A stretch of 60,928 bases of DNA from Candidatus Margulisiibacteriota bacterium (GTDB lineage Bacteria; Margulisbacteria; Termititenacia; CAZZFK01), in NCBI GenBank assembly GCA_042562495.1, contig JBHPMC010000001.1, forward strand, positions 107,983 through 168,910, written 5' to 3'. Position 1 is the first letter of the stretch. Each line of letters starts with the position of its first letter. Shown here in pieces: positions 1 through 10,430 of the stretch. The position numbers and the translations under genes are program-made. Under the pieces are notes generated by a model, which worked only from the letters and a program-made list of their open reading frames with translations, was not told the origin of the DNA and did no database searches.

Positions 1-1
1 T

Positions 2-388
2 ATGTACAATAAGGTTTTTATAATTGGCAGATTAACTAAAGATCCAGAAACTCGCTATACTCCTTCAGGGATAGCCGTAACACGTTTTACTGTAGCGATT
101 AACCGCAATTTTCGTGGGCAAAGCGGTCAAGAGGAAACGGATTTTTTAAGGGTTGTAGCCTGGAGAAGGCTAGCAGAGATCTGTGGAGAATATTTAAAAA
201 AAGGCCGCTTAGTTTCGATAGATGGTCGTTTGCAAGTATCGACCTGGGAAAAAGACGGCGAAAAAATGAAAAGCGCAGAGATCGTTGCTGATAATATGCA
301 AATGCTTGAGAGAAAAAAAGAAACGGAGACAGTTCCGGCTGTGAAGAATTTTAATGGTTCTGAAACAGCAGAAAATGTCCCCTTTTAA
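2..388 (+). CDS. ssb: single-stranded DNA-binding protein
   Basis: NKVFIIGRLTKDPETRYTPSG OB-fold start, acidic C-terminal ...ENVPF tail; precedes rpsR. Confidence 0.97.
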   Translation: MYNKVFIIGRLTKDPETRYTPSGIAVTRFTVAINRNFRGQSGQEETDFLRVVAWRRLAEICGEYLKKGRLVSIDGRLQVSTWEKDGEKMKSAEIVADNMQMLERKKETETVPAVKNFNGSETAENVPF

Positions 389-414
389 TAATTACCTGAG
401 GAAAGGATGAACAA

Positions 415-657
415 ATGGCAGAGAAAGCAGAAGGAGTAATCCGACGCAAGCGAAGAAAGAGATTATCAATATTTTATAAAGATAAAATAGATGTCTTAGA
501 TTATAAAGATTTAGATAAAGTAAGGACATTGATCAGCGATCGAGGGAAGATCCTCCCCGCACGGAATACAGGCTGCAATGCTAAGCATCAGCGTAAAGTG
601 GCCAAGGCGATCAAACGTGCTCGCTATATGGGCTTACTTCCCTTTACTATCGATTAA
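415..657 (+). CDS. rpsR: 30S ribosomal protein S18
   Basis: LDYKD...ISDRGKILPARNTG...HQRKVAKAIKRARYMGLLPF. Confidence 0.97.
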   Translation: MAEKAEGVIRRKRRKRLSIFYKDKIDVLDYKDLDKVRTLISDRGKILPARNTGCNAKHQRKVAKAIKRARYMGLLPFTID

Positions 658-676
658 CAAATAAGGAGAGCAGAAC

Positions 677-1147
677 ATGGAAGTTTTCTTATTAAAAGAT
701 GACGTTAATTTAGGCGAAAAGGGCAGCTTAGTAAAAGTAAGTGACGGATTTGCCCGTAATTTTTTATTCCCTAGTCGTATCGCCAAAGAAGCGAATGCTT
801 CGATGAAAAAGCATGTAGAAGCTATTAATAAGCAGCGGCAGAAAAAAGTAGCAAAGGAAAAAGAAATAAAAGCTGCGGAAGTTAAAGCTATAGAAAGCAA
901 AGTATATGTCTTAAAGATAAAAGTAGGCGAAGGTGGCAAGCTCTACGGCGCAGTTACCCATGCCCAGATAGCAGAGATCGTGACCAAGGAAAGCGGGCTT
1001 GTTATTGATAAACGCAAGGTACACACTGAAGGCCCGATCAAAAAAGCCGGGGAACATGAAGTGATCATAAAGCATTATCCAGAATTAGATGCCAAAATTA
1101 AGATCAAAATAGAAGTAGAAAGAACAGAGGAAAAAGAGGCCGAATAA
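677..1147 (+). CDS. rplI: 50S ribosomal protein L9
   Basis: MEVFLLKDDVNLGEKGSLVKVSDGFARNFLFP, GKLYGAVT; RBS AAGGAG. Confidence 0.97.
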   Translation: MEVFLLKDDVNLGEKGSLVKVSDGFARNFLFPSRIAKEANASMKKHVEAINKQRQKKVAKEKEIKAAEVKAIESKVYVLKIKVGEGGKLYGAVTHAQIAEIVTKESGLVIDKRKVHTEGPIKKAGEHEVIIKHYPELDAKIKIKIEVERTEEKEAE

Positions 1148-1160
1148 GCCTAGATAATCT

Positions 1161-1188
1161 TTCACTATATCTAAGCATACGCTAGAAT
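1161..1188 (+). promoter_or_regulatory. putative sigma70 promoter, leaderless-type, for uvrC
   Basis: TTCACT-16nt-TAGAAT with ATG 6 nt downstream; no SD. Confidence 0.5.
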
Positions 1189-1194
1189 ATTTCC

Positions 1195-2937
1195 ATGAGC
1201 ATTCCAGAGAGAGTAAAAGAGCTGCCGCTTGATCCAGGCGTTTATATAATGAAGGATCAGCAAGGGCAGATCCTATACATTGGCAAAGCAAAATCGTTGC
1301 GCAAACGAGTACAATCCTATTTTCGAGAGCAGGATTCCCTTAAAACAAAGCAATTAGTTTTAAAGATCGCTGATATCGAGGTTATGATCACTCCTTCCGA
1401 GATAGATGCCTTAATTCTAGAGAATAATTTAATTAAAAAGCATAAACCGTTCTATAACTTAGAGTTGAAAGATGATAAGCGTTATCCTTATCTTAAGTTA
1501 ATTGTAAATGAAGAGTACCCTCGTTTATTAGTTGTGCGACGGTATCAGGATGATGGCGCCCGTTATTTTGGCCCTTATGCCGGGCAAGGATCGATATTGC
1601 AGGTCCTAAAGCTTATCCGGACAGCATTTCCTTTGCGTCAATGTGCAAAGAAATTGCCCAAAAAAGTTTGCCTAGAGCTGCAGATCAAGCGTTGCTTAGG
1701 GCCCTGTATAAATAAAGATCTCCAGGAAGAATACGCGCAAGTATGTAAGGACCTGATATTGTTTTTGGAAGGCAAGCAGGAGGAGCTGATCAGTGGCCTT
1801 GAAGAGAAGATGCAGTTTTGCTCAAAAAACAAGAAATTTGAAAAAGCAGCCTTATATAGAGATCGGTTGAAAAAACTAAATAAAATCAGCGGTCACCAAG
1901 AAATGGTCCTTGCCGAGAGAACAGACCAAGATTTCATTGTTTTTTTTAAAGCTGGCCAAGAAGAAGGTGTGGATATTTTAAAAGTGCGCGGGGGGAAAGT
2001 GCTCGGGAACGAAGTTGTTTTTTTTAAGCGAAACGAAGAAGAAAATGTATTAGAAAGAATGCTGACCAATTATTATGAACGAAAAACAGAACTTCCAGAT
2101 AAGATTGTCCTGGAAAAAAAGGCGGCGCCGAATCTTCTGAGGGAGTGGTTCGCTGCAATCAAAAAGCAGAAAGTCGAAGTCGTTGTTGATCCTGAGCATG
2201 AATTGATCAAAATGGCCAAGCGCAATATAGAGTATTTAAAGCTCCGCAATATAAAGGAAGAAGAGGTATTTGATGAAGCTTTGGCAGAGTTGCAAACTAT
2301 TCTTAATCTAGAATACTTGCCAGCACGTATAGAAGGCTACGATATTTCTAATACGGGCAGCGGCAATATTATAGGCTCACAAGTAGTATTTATTGATGGC
2401 AAGCCAGAAAAAAAAGAGTATCGTCATTACAATATAAAAACTGTAAAAGGAAAGCAAGATGATTATGCTTCGTTGAGAGAAATGCTGGCTCGCAGATCTA
2501 GAAAAATATCAGAAAAGAACCTGCCGGAATTATGGCTGATCGATGGCGGGAAAGGGCATTTGGCCATTGCTGAAGCTGTTTTAAAACAGGAAAAGCTAGC
2601 AATCCCCGTAGTAAGTATTGCCAAAGGGCAAGAGGATGTTTATTTCCAGGGTAGCAAAGTGGATCTGCCAAAGGATTCTTTTGCGCAAAAACTATTACAG
2701 CGGATCCGGGATGAAGCGCATCGTTTTGGTATTGGTTTTCACCGCAAGCAACGGGGGAAAGCTTCCCTTAGGTCTCTTTTAGATGAAATCGCAGGAGTAG
2801 GGCCACAGACAAAAAAGAAAATACTATTCTGCTTTAAGGGCCAGGAATCTATACAAACGGCAACTGTTGAAAGCCTTGCGGAAGTGGTCAATGCAAAATT
2901 GGCCCAAAAAATCTATAATTACTTTCATGGGGGATAA
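1195..2937 (+). CDS. uvrC: excinuclease ABC subunit C
   Basis: GIY-YIG (PGVYIMKD...LYIGKAKSLRKRV), UVR domain, RIEGYDISN, LIDGGKGH, RDEAHRF, HhH. Confidence 0.97.
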   Translation: MSIPERVKELPLDPGVYIMKDQQGQILYIGKAKSLRKRVQSYFREQDSLKTKQLVLKIADIEVMITPSEIDALILENNLIKKHKPFYNLELKDDKRYPYLKLIVNEEYPRLLVVRRYQDDGARYFGPYAGQGSILQVLKLIRTAFPLRQCAKKLPKKVCLELQIKRCLGPCINKDLQEEYAQVCKDLILFLEGKQEELISGLEEKMQFCSKNKKFEKAALYRDRLKKLNKISGHQEMVLAERTDQDFIVFFKAGQEEGVDILKVRGGKVLGNEVVFFKRNEEENVLERMLTNYYERKTELPDKIVLEKKAAPNLLREWFAAIKKQKVEVVVDPEHELIKMAKRNIEYLKLRNIKEEEVFDEALAELQTILNLEYLPARIEGYDISNTGSGNIIGSQVVFIDGKPEKKEYRHYNIKTVKGKQDDYASLREMLARRSRKISEKNLPELWLIDGGKGHLAIAEAVLKQEKLAIPVVSIAKGQEDVYFQGSKVDLPKDSFAQKLLQRIRDEAHRFGIGFHRKQRGKASLRSLLDEIAGVGPQTKKKILFCFKGQESIQTATVESLAEVVNAKLAQKIYNYFHGG

Positions 2938-4069
2938 AAATAGCCGCTTAAAATTAGTTGCCTTAATTATCCTGGCCAGCCTGTTTTGGTCGATGGTTAT
3001 TCCTGGCTTAGCTGATGATGTCGAAGAAAAGCGCCAAAAACTTTGGGATATTACGAAACAATTAAAGATCAAAAGGCAACAGCTGGAGACCATCAAAAAG
3101 AAGCAAAATCAAACCTTACGCAATCTGGTGATCATCAACAAGAATTTAAAAAGGACCCAGCATGAATTGAACTATGCTGCTTCTCAGCTTACCTATAAGG
3201 AAAGACAAATTCAGGAAACCAAGCAAAATATTGCTACTATGAAAGAATCTTATATTATACAAAAGAATCTATTTAGAAAAAGGATAAGAGATATATATAA
3301 AGAGAATCGCTTGGGGTATTTGGTATTGTTGTTCTCGGCCAAGACCCTGGGAGATTTTTTAAACAGTACTTTATATTTTGAAAAGATCCTCAAGGCGGAT
3401 ACAGAGCTTCTAGGCACGCTGATCCAGCAACAAGAAAGGATCGAACAAAAAGAAAGGCAATTAAAACGTCGACATTCGGAGATAGGTGATATAAAAAAGC
3501 TTTTTGAGGAAAGAAAGACCTATTTTCGCAGAAAGCAAATTGATCAAAATAAGGTTTATAGCGAGGTTGCCAAGAAACGCAAAGAATACGAGCGGCAGAT
3601 CGCAGAGCTTGAAAGAAATTCTCAAGAGATAGAAAACTTAATTGTCCGTTTGTTGGCGCAAGGCAAGACCTCATCAGTTAAAGGTTCTGGGCGATTTGCC
3701 TGGCCTTTACGCGGCAAGCTTACTTCTTATTATGGATATCGCCGTCATCCGATCTTTCGTTCGGTACGTTTTCATGCGGGCATAGATATTGGGGCAAGGA
3801 CAGGCGCTCGCATCCGTGCTGCCGATGCCGGGCAAGTCATTTTTGTGGGCTGGTGGGGAGGCTACGGACGAGCGACAATAATCGACCATGGCAACGGCTA
3901 TTCAACGGTCTATGCTCACCAATCAAAGATATTCGTAAAAAAACATCAGTATGTGAAAAAAGGGCAGGTTATTGGAGCTGTCGGCAGTACCGGATATGCC
4001 ACCGGCCCGCATTTGCATTTTGAGATCAGGAAACGTGGCAAGACCGCCAACCCCCTTCGATTTTTATAA
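2927..4069 (+). CDS. EnvC/M23-family murein hydrolase activator or peptidase (signal peptide, coiled coil, LytM domain); start revised to ATG 2927
   Basis: N-terminal hydrophobic signal, long coiled coil, HAGIDI and TGPHLHFE M23 motifs; TATAAT at 2914-2919, 7 nt before the ATG. Confidence 0.88.
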   Translation: MGDKNSRLKLVALIILASLFWSMVIPGLADDVEEKRQKLWDITKQLKIKRQQLETIKKKQNQTLRNLVIINKNLKRTQHELNYAASQLTYKERQIQETKQNIATMKESYIIQKNLFRKRIRDIYKENRLGYLVLLFSAKTLGDFLNSTLYFEKILKADTELLGTLIQQQERIEQKERQLKRRHSEIGDIKKLFEERKTYFRRKQIDQNKVYSEVAKKRKEYERQIAELERNSQEIENLIVRLLAQGKTSSVKGSGRFAWPLRGKLTSYYGYRRHPIFRSVRFHAGIDIGARTGARIRAADAGQVIFVGWWGGYGRATIIDHGNGYSTVYAHQSKIFVKKHQYVKKGQVIGAVGSTGYATGPHLHFEIRKRGKTANPLRFL

Positions 4070-4090
4070 GTGAAATGCTAAGATAAAGTA

Positions 4091-5329
4091 ATGAGTAAAA
4101 TCCTGAAGAAAACCAAATCGTTCATAGTAATTGTTGTCTTGATTTCCATTGCTTTTTTTGTTGGGAACAACTTTGAGCCTATTATCAGGAATGCCGAAGC
4201 TGCGGCGTGGGAGAGCAATTGGGGTTTACTTTATCAAGTCCTAGATATTATCAAGACCCAGTACGTTCAAAAAAAAGTAGAAGATAAGAATCTGATCTAC
4301 GGGGCGATCAAGGGTATGCTCAAGGCTCTGGGTGATCCATATTCCAGGTTCGTAGAGCCAAAAGCTTTTGAAGAAATGCAGATCCGCCTGGATGGCAAAT
4401 TCGCTGGCGTGGGTATCCAGATAGGAATAAAAGATGAGCATTTAACCGTGATCTCTCCTATTGAAGGGACTCCTGCTTTTCGGATGGGGCTAAAAGCCAT
4501 GGATCGGATCATCAAGGTCGATGGCAAGGATACAGAGGGCATGTCTTTAGAGGAAGCGGTGAGCAGGATACGCGGTCCACGGGGGACAAAAGTGACCTTG
4601 ACCATATTGCGTAAAGGAAAAAAAGAGCCTTTTGATGTGGATATCGTGCGAGATATTATAAAGATCAAAAGTGTCCCGAAAGCAAAAATGATCGATAACA
4701 GATATAAGATCGGATATATCCAACTAGCGACCTTTGAAAATAAAACTGCAACAGAGGAAGTTGAAAATGCTTTAGCAAATTTAGATAAAGAAGGCATAAG
4801 GGCATTGGTATTGGATGTGCGAAATAATGGGGGAGGATTGTTGCGCAATTCTGTCGATATTGCCAGCATTTTTATTAAAAAAGGAGCTGTTGTGCACACT
4901 GTTGATCGTGACGGGAATAGGGAAACTTTAGAAGTGATTGGCACGGAGACAAAATTTTATAAAAGACCTTTGATCGTTTTAATTAACGAAGGAAGTGCTT
5001 CTGCTTCAGAGATCTTGGCAGGAGCGATCCAGGATCATAGAAGAGGGACGCTGGTCGGGGCAAAATCTTTCGGCAAAGCATCTGTGCAAAATATTCGTCC
5101 TCTTTCCGATGGCTCCGCTGTACTTATAACCGTGGCTAAATATCTAACACCAAAAGGATACAATATCAGCGAGCAAGGAATCTCTCCGAACATTTTTGTC
5201 ACAGTACCTACGGCAACGATCGAAGCGGCCAGTAAAGATGATTATGAATATAAAGAAAAAGATGATATTCAATTGCAAAGAGCGATCAAGATATTGCAGA
5301 ATAAGATCGGCAAGCCTTCAGGAGGGTAG
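4091..5329 (+). CDS. ctpA: S41 carboxy-terminal processing protease
   Basis: PDZ (GVGIQI), LDVRNNGGGLL, SASASEILAGA, SFGKASVQ. Confidence 0.95.
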   Translation: MSKILKKTKSFIVIVVLISIAFFVGNNFEPIIRNAEAAAWESNWGLLYQVLDIIKTQYVQKKVEDKNLIYGAIKGMLKALGDPYSRFVEPKAFEEMQIRLDGKFAGVGIQIGIKDEHLTVISPIEGTPAFRMGLKAMDRIIKVDGKDTEGMSLEEAVSRIRGPRGTKVTLTILRKGKKEPFDVDIVRDIIKIKSVPKAKMIDNRYKIGYIQLATFENKTATEEVENALANLDKEGIRALVLDVRNNGGGLLRNSVDIASIFIKKGAVVHTVDRDGNRETLEVIGTETKFYKRPLIVLINEGSASASEILAGAIQDHRRGTLVGAKSFGKASVQNIRPLSDGSAVLITVAKYLTPKGYNISEQGISPNIFVTVPTATIEAASKDDYEYKEKDDIQLQRAIKILQNKIGKPSGG

Positions 5330-5338
5330 ATATCCATA

Positions 5339-6202
5339 GTGTTTAAAAAACTTTTTTTTCTAGGCTTGGTTGTTTTTTGCTGCCAAGCACTGGTCAACCC
5401 GTTGGTTTTGGCAAAAGCAAAGCCTAGGGTAGCGATCATTATTGATGATGCCGGGCCAAGAGGTGGATATTATAAAAGTCTATTTGCTTTGCCGGGCAAA
5501 GTTACTGTGGCCATAATCCCGGCCACCGTGCGAGCCAAGGAAATCGCAAAAAGAGCTAAGGCGAAAGGATTTGAAGTGATTGGCCATATCCCTATGGAGC
5601 CATTATATAAAAAAATAGAATCTGCCAAGATGCTGCGTACAAGCATGTCCAAGCAAGGGATAAAAAGTAATCTGGATTTTTATTTGAGTGCCCTACCCGA
5701 TATCGCGGGGATCAATAATCATATGGGCTCAAAAGTTAGTATTCATAAGGATACGTTGGCCCAGATAATGCAAGTATTAAAACGCAGAAAAATGTTTTTT
5801 ATTGATAGTCGGACAAATTCAAAAAGCATTATTCCCGCAGTTGCTAAACAATATGGAGTACAATGTCTACGCAGCGATATTTTTATAGATGGCGATCAAG
5901 ATCCTATAGAGATCGAAGAGAAATTGCACCGTTTAGTGAATATTGCCCGCAAACGTGGCTATGCTATAGGGATCGGGCATATTCATCGCCAGAATACCTT
6001 ACGGGCGATAGCCAAGATCATGAAAAAATATGGTCGAGAAGTAAGATTTGTTGGAGTTTCAGAGATTGTTTATAATAAAAAAATGCGCCAAAGTGATAGT
6101 CGTGTTAGAGATAAAAAGGCAGTTGAAAAAAAACAACTTTATAATTTAGACTTACAGAAAAGAAAGCCGGAAGGCGAAGAATTAGAAAAGATCTTCTTTT
6201 AA
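5339..6202 (+). CDS. divergent polysaccharide deacetylase family protein (YibQ-like)
   Basis: AIIIDDAG, HIPMEP, GINNHMGS, FIDSRT, AIGIGH; conserved envC-ctpA-yibQ context. Confidence 0.9.
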   Translation: MFKKLFFLGLVVFCCQALVNPLVLAKAKPRVAIIIDDAGPRGGYYKSLFALPGKVTVAIIPATVRAKEIAKRAKAKGFEVIGHIPMEPLYKKIESAKMLRTSMSKQGIKSNLDFYLSALPDIAGINNHMGSKVSIHKDTLAQIMQVLKRRKMFFIDSRTNSKSIIPAVAKQYGVQCLRSDIFIDGDQDPIEIEEKLHRLVNIARKRGYAIGIGHIHRQNTLRAIAKIMKKYGREVRFVGVSEIVYNKKMRQSDSRVRDKKAVEKKQLYNLDLQKRKPEGEELEKIFF

Positions 6203-6215
6203 GAAGGGCAGGAGT

Positions 6216-7637
6216 ATGGCAAAGATAAAATTTGGAACAGACGGCTGGAGATCTATAATGCCCAAGCATCCTAAGTCGGAAGGCAAAGGGGCATTTACTT
6301 TAGAAAATGTGGAGATCGTAGCCCAGGCCATGGCGGATCATTATAAAAAGACAACTGAATATAAAAAAGGATTTATCATTGGATATGACCGCAGATTGGA
6401 TTCAGATAATTTTGCTAAAGCCGCGGCCCTAGTCCTGGCGGGTAATGGATTTAAAGTTAAAATGACCAACGCAGAATGTCCAACACAGGTGGTCTCTTTC
6501 CACGTGCTACACCAAAAGGCCTGTGCCGGCGTGATGATTACCGCTTCGCATAATCCTCCTAACTATAATGGTTTTAAGATCAAAGAATCATTTGGGGGAT
6601 CTTCTTCAAAAGCCTTAACAGATAAAATAGAAAAATTGCTGGGGAAAAATCCTGTTCAAAGAGGAAAAGAAAGTGAGCTGGAGAGATTTGATCCCAAGCC
6701 CGATTTTTTTAAGAATGTTGAAAAGATCGTCGATCTAAAAAAGATCGCAGCTTCAGGGATCAAGATCGTAGTTGATCCGCTGTATGGATCAGGGGCCGGT
6801 TATATTCCTAAAATATTAGCCACAGCCGGCATGCAGGTTGAAGAAATAAATAATAAAAGAGATATAGAATTCGGCGGATTAAATCCGGAGCCGCTAGATT
6901 ATAATGTGCCCGATCTTTTGAAAAAAATGAAAAAAGAGAGCAATGATTATGCGGTAGGCCTGATCCTGGATGGGGATGCTGACCGGAATGGTGCCTGCGG
7001 AACACACGGGGATTTTTTAAATTCACAAAAGGTCTTCTCTATTCTTATTCATCATATGTGCAAGAATCGCGGCTTAAAAGGCAAGGTCGTCCATGCTTTT
7101 AATAATAGCCGGATTATCTCAAGGATCGCCAAGGAGTATGGCTTAGATACTGTTGAAACAAAGATCGGTTTTAAATATATCGCCGAGCAGATCTTGAAAG
7201 GCGGAGTATTGGTGGGGGGAGAAGAAAGCGGGGGGTATGCTGTTCAAGGTAATATCCCAGATCGTGACGGAGTTACAAACAGTCTTTTGTTGGCAGAAGC
7301 TATGGCTTTTGAAAAAAAGAGCTTAGATGGTATCTATGCTGATCTTGAAGAAAAATTCGGCAAACGTGCCTATGGCCGGATCGATCTGCATTTGGAAAAT
7401 GAAAAGAAAGTTAAATTGCTGGATATGTTGAAGAACAATACTCCGCAAGAGTTTTATGGCAAGAAGATCACAGAAAAAGAGACTTTAGATGGAGTAAAGC
7501 TCAATTTTGAAGATACCTCATGGATCCTTTTCCGAGCTTCTGGGACCGAGCCGATCATTCGTATTTATTCAGATGCCTCAACGGATAAGGATGTCCAGGC
7601 CCTGCTCAAGCAAGGCAAGGAATATGCGGAAAAATAA
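6216..7637 (+). CDS. phosphoglucomutase/phosphomannomutase family protein
   Basis: KFGTDGWR, TASHNP, DGDADR, GEESGG, RASGTEP. Confidence 0.95.
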   Translation: MAKIKFGTDGWRSIMPKHPKSEGKGAFTLENVEIVAQAMADHYKKTTEYKKGFIIGYDRRLDSDNFAKAAALVLAGNGFKVKMTNAECPTQVVSFHVLHQKACAGVMITASHNPPNYNGFKIKESFGGSSSKALTDKIEKLLGKNPVQRGKESELERFDPKPDFFKNVEKIVDLKKIAASGIKIVVDPLYGSGAGYIPKILATAGMQVEEINNKRDIEFGGLNPEPLDYNVPDLLKKMKKESNDYAVGLILDGDADRNGACGTHGDFLNSQKVFSILIHHMCKNRGLKGKVVHAFNNSRIISRIAKEYGLDTVETKIGFKYIAEQILKGGVLVGGEESGGYAVQGNIPDRDGVTNSLLLAEAMAFEKKSLDGIYADLEEKFGKRAYGRIDLHLENEKKVKLLDMLKNNTPQEFYGKKITEKETLDGVKLNFEDTSWILFRASGTEPIIRIYSDASTDKDVQALLKQGKEYAEK

Positions 7638-8065
7638 TGTCTGAGATAGGGATCATTGCCAAGGCAGCTCAAGATAATAATCTTCTAACGATAGAATTCG
7701 AAGCTAAAGGTGCATGTAAGAATTGTGGCATTTGTATCGTTGGTTCGGATAAAAGCACTATGCGTATGCAGGTCCAGGCGAAAAACACGATCAAGGCAAA
7801 GGTTGGAGATAAGGTTGAATTTGAGATCAACGAAGAGGCTACTCTGAAAGCATCTTTTTTGCTTTATGGTTTTCCTTTGGGGATGTTCTTATTGGGATTT
7901 GTACTTGGGCAAAAGATCGCAGCTTTGTTGGTTTGGTCCCAAGATGTTCTAGGCTTGCTCACCGGGGCAGTATTTTTTGTGGGGGCCTTTTATTTTTTAA
8001 ATAAACTGGAGCAAAAAAATAAAGCAGGAGAGCTTTCTCACATAGAATTAATTCGTGTCTTATAA
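7637..8065 (+). CDS. RseC/MucC (SoxR-reducing system) family membrane protein
   Basis: ACKNCGIC Cys motif, AKVGDKV, LLYGFPL followed by two TM helices. Confidence 0.8.
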   Translation: MSEIGIIAKAAQDNNLLTIEFEAKGACKNCGICIVGSDKSTMRMQVQAKNTIKAKVGDKVEFEINEEATLKASFLLYGFPLGMFLLGFVLGQKIAALLVWSQDVLGLLTGAVFFVGAFYFLNKLEQKNKAGELSHIELIRVL

Positions 8066-8069
8066 TGGG

Positions 8070-8097
8070 TTGCAAAAAAGAGCGAAGTTGATATAAT
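8070..8097 (+). promoter_or_regulatory. sigma70 promoter of pyrB
   Basis: TTGCAA-16nt-TATAAT with extended TGn. Confidence 0.65.
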
Positions 8098-8109
8098 ACG
8101 CCGGACCAA

Positions 8110-9063
8110 ATGGAGGGTCGTTTATTGAAATGGAACCATAAAGATCTCCTAGGCTTAAAAGGCCTCACTGCTGAGGAAATCCAATTCATTTTAGATCAAG
8201 CTAAATCATTCAAAGAAGTTTTCAAAAGACCAGTCAAACAAGTTCCAGCATTACGCGGTAAGACCCTAGTCAATTTATTCTATGAGCCAAGCACACGGAC
8301 TAAAACCTCTTTTGATATGGCCGCTAAAATGCTGGGGGTCAGTACTAATAATCTTTCTATAGCTACAAGTTCTATTAAAAAAGGCGAGACCCTGATCGAT
8401 ACTGTTAAAAATCTGGAAGTAATGGGGATCGCGGGGATAGTCGTACGGCATAAAATGGGCGGGGCTCCGCATTTAGTCGCAAAAAATGTAAATATTCCTA
8501 TAATAAATGCAGGAGATGGTTTTAATGAGCACCCTACCCAAGGATTATTAGATATTTTTACTATGCAACAAGCGAAAGGCAGCCTGAAAGGGAAAAAGGT
8601 AGTAATAGTTGGAGATATCGCGCATAGCCGCGTGGCGCGTTCCAATGCCTGGGGTTTGACCAAACTGGGCGCGGAAGTGATCTTTGTTGCGCCCCCAACC
8701 CTGGTACCGAAAGATGTGGAAAAGATCGGCGTAAAGGTCAGCTACAGCTTCGATGATGTGATAGGCAAGGCTGATTTCATAAATCTTTTACGTATGCAGC
8801 TGGAGCGGCAATTTGGCGATGTTTTTACCCCAAGCAAACGAGAGTACCGGCAAAGATTTGGTTTGACCGTTGATAGAATGAAGTGCGCTAAGAAAGACGT
8901 GGTGATCTTACATCCGGGCCCTATGAATAGGGGTGTAGAGATAGATTCTGAAGTTGCTGATGGTCCTTACAATGTGATCCTGGATCAGGTGACCAATGGC
9001 GTGGCCGTACGCATGGCTATCATATTTATGCTCTTGAAAAAGAGCAGGAACAAGAAGCAATGA
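8110..9063 (+). CDS. pyrB: aspartate carbamoyltransferase catalytic subunit (true start may be TTG 8125 after GGAGG)
   Basis: FYEPSTRTKTSF, HPTQGLLD, HPGPMNRGVEI. Confidence 0.97.
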   Translation: MEGRLLKWNHKDLLGLKGLTAEEIQFILDQAKSFKEVFKRPVKQVPALRGKTLVNLFYEPSTRTKTSFDMAAKMLGVSTNNLSIATSSIKKGETLIDTVKNLEVMGIAGIVVRHKMGGAPHLVAKNVNIPIINAGDGFNEHPTQGLLDIFTMQQAKGSLKGKKVVIVGDIAHSRVARSNAWGLTKLGAEVIFVAPPTLVPKDVEKIGVKVSYSFDDVIGKADFINLLRMQLERQFGDVFTPSKREYRQRFGLTVDRMKCAKKDVVILHPGPMNRGVEIDSEVADGPYNVILDQVTNGVAVRMAIIFMLLKKSRNKKQ

Positions 9064-10346
9064 AAAAAGATATTTTAATTAAAAATGGTTTAGTAGTTGA
9101 TCCCCTGAATAAGATCAACAAGAAACAATTAGATATCCTGGTCAAAGAGGGCCGGATCGCCAAGATCGGCAAGGAGCTCAAAGAAAAGGATATTCCTGTT
9201 TTTGATGCTAAAGACAAGCTGGTAGTTCCTGGATTTATCGATATGCATGTGCACTTGCGCGAACCGGGGCATGAAGAAAAGGAGACGATCCTTACCGGGA
9301 CGATGGCCGCCGCTGCCGGAGGATTTACGTCTGTGGCTTGCATGCCTAATACTAGTCCTATTGCAGATAATTATGCGGTGATCGAATATATCCAATCCCG
9401 GGCCAAGTTAGATGGCGTGGTGAATGTTTACCCGGTGGGCGCTTGCACTAAGGGGCAAAAGGGAGATTCCTTGGCTGAGCTTGGCGAAATGTCCGATAAC
9501 GATGTAGTAGCTTTTTCTGACGATGGGCAATCGATCCAAAATGCTTATGTTATGCGCAAGATCTTGGAATATGCAAAAATGCTGGGCAGAGTTGTTATTT
9601 CCCATGCAGAGGATCCTAATCTTTCCAGCTATGGCTCAATGCACGAATGTTTTTTATCAACTAAATTGGGATTGCCTGGGATACCTTCCACAGCTGAATC
9701 AACGGCTGTAGCCAGAGATCTTTTGTTGGCGAAAAATTTTGGAGGAGTACATATAGCACATGTCAGCACTAAGGAATCGATAGACCTGATCAGGGCGGCA
9801 AAGCAGAATAATGTACCTGTGACCTGTGAAACAGCGCCGCATTACTTAACGCTAACAGCAGCCGCGGTCGAGGGATACAATACAAACGCAAAAATGAACC
9901 CACCCTTACGCGAAGAAGAAGATCAGCAAGCTTTGATAGCAGCCATCAAGGATGGGACGATCGATGTGATCGCAACAGATCATGCCCCGCATACAGTCGA
10001 TGCTAAAAATGTGGAATTTAATCTAGCGGCCTTTGGCATAGTTGGCTTGGAGACGGCAGTACCGTTAATTTATACAAAATTTGTTGAAACAGGTGAGATA
10101 GCTTTAGAAAAGATGATAGAGCTGATGTCAATAAATCCGGCCAAGATCTTAAAAATAAAAAAAGGCAGCTTAAAAGAAAAAGAAGTGGCCGATATAGCAG
10201 TTCTGGATGTTAAGTCTACCAGGACAGTGGAGCCCGAAAAGTTCTTATCTAAAGGAAAAAACACTCCATTTTCAGGCATGAAGCTCAAAGGCTGGCCTGT
10301 GCTTACCTTAGTAGGCGGACGGATAGCCTTTAAAAATAGTAAATAA
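9060..10346 (+). CDS. pyrC: dihydroorotase (class I)
   Basis: DMHVHLREPG, MPNT, KMNPPLR, ATDHAPH; overlaps the pyrB stop. Confidence 0.96.
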   Translation: MKKDILIKNGLVVDPLNKINKKQLDILVKEGRIAKIGKELKEKDIPVFDAKDKLVVPGFIDMHVHLREPGHEEKETILTGTMAAAAGGFTSVACMPNTSPIADNYAVIEYIQSRAKLDGVVNVYPVGACTKGQKGDSLAELGEMSDNDVVAFSDDGQSIQNAYVMRKILEYAKMLGRVVISHAEDPNLSSYGSMHECFLSTKLGLPGIPSTAESTAVARDLLLAKNFGGVHIAHVSTKESIDLIRAAKQNNVPVTCETAPHYLTLTAAAVEGYNTNAKMNPPLREEEDQQALIAAIKDGTIDVIATDHAPHTVDAKNVEFNLAAFGIVGLETAVPLIYTKFVETGEIALEKMIELMSINPAKILKIKKGSLKEKEVADIAVLDVKSTRTVEPEKFLSKGKNTPFSGMKLKGWPVLTLVGGRIAFKNSK

Positions 10347-10430
10347 CCTTTTCCAAATATATTCGACATCAGTAAAAATAACGTATAAAATATGTTTCCT
10401 ATGGGCATACTTATAATGAGGCGATTATTG

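Noticed and set aside
4297-4944. 215-aa antisense ORF, and the many other 60-140-aa antisense or alternate-frame ORFs in the track
   Set aside because: They lie within well-supported genes and show no motifs or RBS; they are codon-bias shadows.
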